From assembly GCA_964553175.1 (NCBI GenBank), contig CAZKJV010000001.1, positions 1 through 48,351 on the forward strand: DNA of 48,351 nucleotides, in the 5' to 3' direction. This DNA comes from an uncultured Muribaculaceae bacterium (lineage in GTDB: Bacteria > Cyanobacteriota > Vampirovibrionia > Gastranaerophilales > Gastranaerophilaceae). The position numbers and the translations under genes were made by a program. Of the stretch, positions 45,993 to 48,351 are shown in pieces. Below the pieces are notes generated by a model, which saw only the letters and a list, made by a program, of their open reading frames with translations, was not told the DNA's origin and searched no databases. Each line of letters begins with the position of its first letter. Position 1 is the stretch's first letter.

Positions 45993-47294
45993 ATGAGAAT
46001 TTGCGTTGTCGGAACAGGTTATGTAGGACTTGTAGCTGGAACATGTCTTGCCGAAATGGGGAATAAAGTTATTTGTGTTGATAACAACGAAGAAAAACTT
46101 GAAAAACTTAGAAATGGCGTCGTTCCGATATACGAACCGGGGCTTGAAGAATTGATTAAAGTAAATGTTGCAGAAGACCGTTTGAGTTTTTCCAGTGATT
46201 TAAAAACTGCCGTAGAAAAATCTTTAGTGTGTTTTATTGCGGTTGGAACTCCTCAAGGTGAAGACGGTTCAGCTGAATTGAAATACGTTTATCAAGTTGC
46301 AAAAGACATCGGAAAATCAATTAATAATTATAAAGTAATCGTTGATAAATCGACTGTTCCTGTTGGTACAGCAGACAAAGTTACAGAAATTATTAAACAA
46401 GAAACAGCACACGATTTTGACGTTGTTTCAAATCCTGAATTTTTGAAACAAGGTGCAGCTGTTGACGACTTTTTGAAACCTGATAGAGTTGTTATCGGTT
46501 CAAATTCTCAAAAAGCAACAGAAATTATGCAAGAACTTTACGCTCCTTTCTTGAGAACAGGTAACCCCGTAATTATTATGGACGTTCGTTCTGCAGAAAT
46601 GACAAAATATGCATCTAATTCGTTTTTAGCCGTAAAAATTTCTTATGCAAACGAAATTGCAAATATTTGTGAAAAAGTTGGTGCAAACGCAGAAATGGTT
46701 AGAATTGGCATGTGTAGTGATAAACGTATCGGCTCTCAATTCTTATTTCCAGGGCTTGGATATGGCGGAAGTTGTTTCCCTAAAGACGTAAAAGCTCTTT
46801 TAAAAACGGCAAAAGACAACGAATGTGATACTCAAATGCTTGAAGCTGCTGATTCTATTAACAAATTGCAACGTAAATTATTTGTAGATAAGATTTTAAG
46901 ACATTTTGACGGTGATGTAAAAGGTAAAACTTTTGCAGTTTGGGGACTTGCGTTTAAACCTAAAACAGATGACATGCGTGAAGCTCCGGCAATTACTATT
47001 ATTAACTCTTTGATAGAGCATGGTGCAAAAGTTCAAGCGTATGACCCAAAAGCATTTGATTCTGCAAAAATTTATTTCGGTGACAAGATAACTTATGCAA
47101 AAAATGCTTATATGGCATTAGATAATGCAGATGCATTGTTGCTTTTGACAGAATGGAACGAGTTTAGACGTCCTGATTTCGATAGAATTAAATCAACTTT
47201 GCAAACTCCTTTGATTTTTGATGGTAGAAATCAATACGATGTAAAACGTATGAGAGAAAGAGGATTTACTTATTATAGTATAGGTAAAGCGTAA
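45993..47294 (+). CDS. ugd: UDP-glucose 6-dehydrogenase
   Basis: MRICVVGTGYVG Rossmann start (AAGGAG 6 nt upstream) and catalytic GYGGSCFPKD. The ORF track adds 9 aa upstream. Confidence 0.95.
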   Translation: MRICVVGTGYVGLVAGTCLAEMGNKVICVDNNEEKLEKLRNGVVPIYEPGLEELIKVNVAEDRLSFSSDLKTAVEKSLVCFIAVGTPQGEDGSAELKYVYQVAKDIGKSINNYKVIVDKSTVPVGTADKVTEIIKQETAHDFDVVSNPEFLKQGAAVDDFLKPDRVVIGSNSQKATEIMQELYAPFLRTGNPVIIMDVRSAEMTKYASNSFLAVKISYANEIANICEKVGANAEMVRIGMCSDKRIGSQFLFPGLGYGGSCFPKDVKALLKTAKDNECDTQMLEAADSINKLQRKLFVDKILRHFDGDVKGKTFAVWGLAFKPKTDDMREAPAITIINSLIEHGAKVQAYDPKAFDSAKIYFGDKITYAKNAYMALDNADALLLLTEWNEFRRPDFDRIKSTLQTPLIFDGRNQYDVKRMRERGFTYYSIGKA

Positions 47295-47306
47295 GATTTA
47301 TAAAGT

Positions 47307-47355
47307 ATGGCGGGCAAATTCTTTTAAGAATTTGCCCGCCATTTTATTATGTTTT
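47307..47355 (+). terminator. Intrinsic terminator after ugd
   Basis: ATGGCGGGCAAATTCTT…AAGAATTTGCCCGCCAT forms a hairpin of about 16 bp, followed by TTTATTATGTTTT. Confidence 0.9.
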
Positions 47356-47358
47356 CGC

Positions 47359-47425
47359 AAAAAAAAAGACCTTATAAATAAGGTCTGTCCGTTTAAATAA
47401 GAAGAGAGAGCTTCATATTAATTAT
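47359..47425 (-). ncRNA. Candidate ~65-nt small RNA with a CU-rich (anti-SD-like) single-stranded segment
   Basis: Lies downstream of the minus-strand consensus promoter. Ends in the hairpin AGACCTTA-TTTA-TAAGGTCT followed by T9. Body contains CUCUCUCUUCUU. The only ORF is 7 codons. Confidence 0.5.
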
Positions 47426-47431
47426 GATTTA

Positions 47432-47460
47432 ATTATCCTACAAATTTAAGATATTGTCAA
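47432..47460 (-). promoter_or_regulatory. Near-consensus sigma70 promoter on the minus strand (TTGACA-N17-GATAAT)
   Basis: Plus-strand TGTCAA at 47455-47460 and ATTATC at 47432-47437 with an exact 17-nt spacer. Points away from infC toward the orphan terminator at 47359-47386. Confidence 0.55.
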
Positions 47461-47563
47461 AAAATATTTTAACTTATGTAAAGAATAAAAATATTAAATC
47501 GAAATAAATTTTCGATTATTGTGTTATGATAAACAAGTAGGATATAAAAAAGGAGAACTAGTC

Positions 47564-48112
47564 ATAGCAGGCGAAGATAAATACGGTCAAAAGAAAGACT
47601 CGAAAGAAAAAGTTATAATGAATGAACGAATTAGAGTAAAAGAAGTTCGTTTAATTGGGGAAGACGGAACAAATCATGGTGTAGTGCCAACATCACAAGC
47701 TATGGAAATGGCTGAAGATGCTGATTTAGATTTGGTTTTAATTAATCCAAACCAAGATCCGCCTGTGGCTAAGATTTTAAACTACGGTAAATATAAATAC
47801 GAAATTGAAAAAAGAGCAAAAGAAGCTAAGAAAAAACAACATACCGTAGATATAAAAGAAATCAAAATCAGATACAAAATTGATGTCCATGACTACCAAG
47901 TAAGAATAAATAATATTAAGAAATTTATCACACAAGGTAATAAAGTAAAAGTTATTGTAATGTTAAGAGGTCGTGAAATGCAACACTCAAAACTTGCGTT
48001 TGACTTGGCTGAAAGATTTGTTGAAGATTTGAAAAACGAACCAATTGCGTTGGAAAAGAAACCTCAATTGGAAGGTAGAAACGTAACATTGTTGTTCGGA
48101 CCTCAAGTTTAA
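47564..48112 (+). CDS. infC: Translation initiation factor IF-3
   Basis: ERIRVKEVRLIGEDG, NYGKYKYE and KEIKIRYKIDVHDYQVRI motifs. AAAGGAGAA (47547-47557) sits 6-7 nt upstream of ATA 47564, suggesting a non-AUG start. The ORF-track TTG at 47519 and the ATG at 47618 lack a comparable SD. Confidence 0.9.
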   Translation: MAGEDKYGQKKDSKEKVIMNERIRVKEVRLIGEDGTNHGVVPTSQAMEMAEDADLDLVLINPNQDPPVAKILNYGKYKYEIEKRAKEAKKKQHTVDIKEIKIRYKIDVHDYQVRINNIKKFITQGNKVKVIVMLRGREMQHSKLAFDLAERFVEDLKNEPIALEKKPQLEGRNVTLLFGPQV

Positions 48113-48120
48113 ATAAAAAC

Positions 48121-48148
48121 TTGACGAATAAAATTTATAAGGTAGAAT
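48121..48148 (+). promoter_or_regulatory. Sigma70-type promoter (TTGACG-N16-TAGAAT) directly after infC
   Basis: Starts 9 nt after the infC stop with no intervening terminator. Points into the tandem repeats. Confidence 0.5.
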
Positions 48149-48190
48149 AGGTTTATAGATATTGAAAGCAACTGTGTTGCATAAAATGTA

Positions 48191-48351
48191 AAACCTGCCG
48201 CGTTAGCTCAGTCGCGGTGAGTGGAACGAAACCGAAGTTCAATTAAGTTAGAGCTTGCTCTAGCAACTGAGCCGAAAGAAAAATTTACAATTTAATAAAC
48301 CTGCCGCGTTAGCTCAGTCGCGGTGAGTGGAACGAAACCGAAGTTCAATTA
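48191..48351 (+). repeat. Tandem direct repeat with 106-bp period; 55 bp visible in both copies at 100% identity; truncated by the window end
   Basis: AAACCTGCCGCGTTAGCTCAGTCGCGGTGAGTGGAACGAAACCGAAGTTCAATTA occurs at 48191-48245 and 48297-48351. The unit contains a CCGCG…CGCGG hairpin, a GAG-CUUG-CUC tetraloop hairpin and a GCTCAGT/ACTGAGC long-range complement. No ORF. Confidence 0.85.

Noticed and set aside
48199-48275. tRNA-like segment (GCGTTAGCTCAGTCGCGGTGAGTGG resembles a D-arm).
   Set aside because: No acceptor-stem pairing and no T-loop (GTTCRANYC) are present. The would-be anticodon loop lacks U33 and has a mismatched stem. No cloverleaf can be drawn.
48191-48351. Possible CRISPR array: the repeat contains GTCGCGGTGAGTGGAACGAAAC, which is reminiscent of CRISPR repeat ends.
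   Set aside because: The identical segment is at least 55 nt and the period is 106 nt. Identity extends on both sides of the CRISPR-like core, so there is no repeat/unique-spacer alternation. No cas genes are in the window. It is better described as a long tandem repeat.
1-48351. Mobile elements, prophage, integron or defence islands.
   Set aside because: No transposase, integrase, recombinase, reverse transcriptase, restriction-modification or cas-like ORF, and no terminal inverted repeats, were seen. The T1SS island has no recognisable mobility signature.

Overview
AT-rich, densely coding chromosomal window with about 45 genes. It looks like a Gram-negative-type (diderm) bacterium, because a gmhA LPS-heptose gene and a TolC-like porin are present. 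No transposase, integrase, CRISPR array, rRNA gene or convincing tRNA gene was seen. All family calls come from reading motifs in the supplied translations; no database search was run.

Layout:
- Left (1-15 kb): nupC; an unlisted 52-aa small ORF; a tightly packed 7-gene minus-strand operon (DprA/SLOG-like, HEAT-like, NUDIX, Cof-HAD, ispF, glyoxalase, gmhA); pcrA; an HD-GYP protein; glnA; a PHP phosphatase; nadB-nadC.
- Centre (15.2-29.3 kb): a self-contained type I secretion locus (TolC-like OMP, HlyB-like ABC exporter with a degenerate C39-like domain, short HlyD-like adaptor). It is followed by a 9.3-kb gene for a 3098-aa RTX protein.
- Right (29.3-48.3 kb): a putative metal exporter; rng with its radical-SAM neighbour; an ArsB/NhaD permease; an ABC-F ATPase; an aminotransferase; a twin zinc-ribbon protein; a minus-strand operon (WG-repeat lipoprotein-like protein, LdpA-like 4Fe-4S protein, HpcH-like aldolase, rfbD, rfbA, TIM-barrel isomerase); ugd; infC.

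Most interesting is the RTX protein. It begins with a papain-fold-like Cys/His/Asp domain, followed by about 13 tandem modules of Ca-binding nonapeptide block plus beta module. Two of these modules share a 307-bp tract of perfect DNA identity.

Non-coding candidates:
- Two promoter-plus-terminator-delimited small RNAs on the minus strand (about 47.36-47.46 kb and 10.14-10.31 kb).
- A promoter-driven, structured tandem repeat of at least 106 bp downstream of infC, cut off by the window end.
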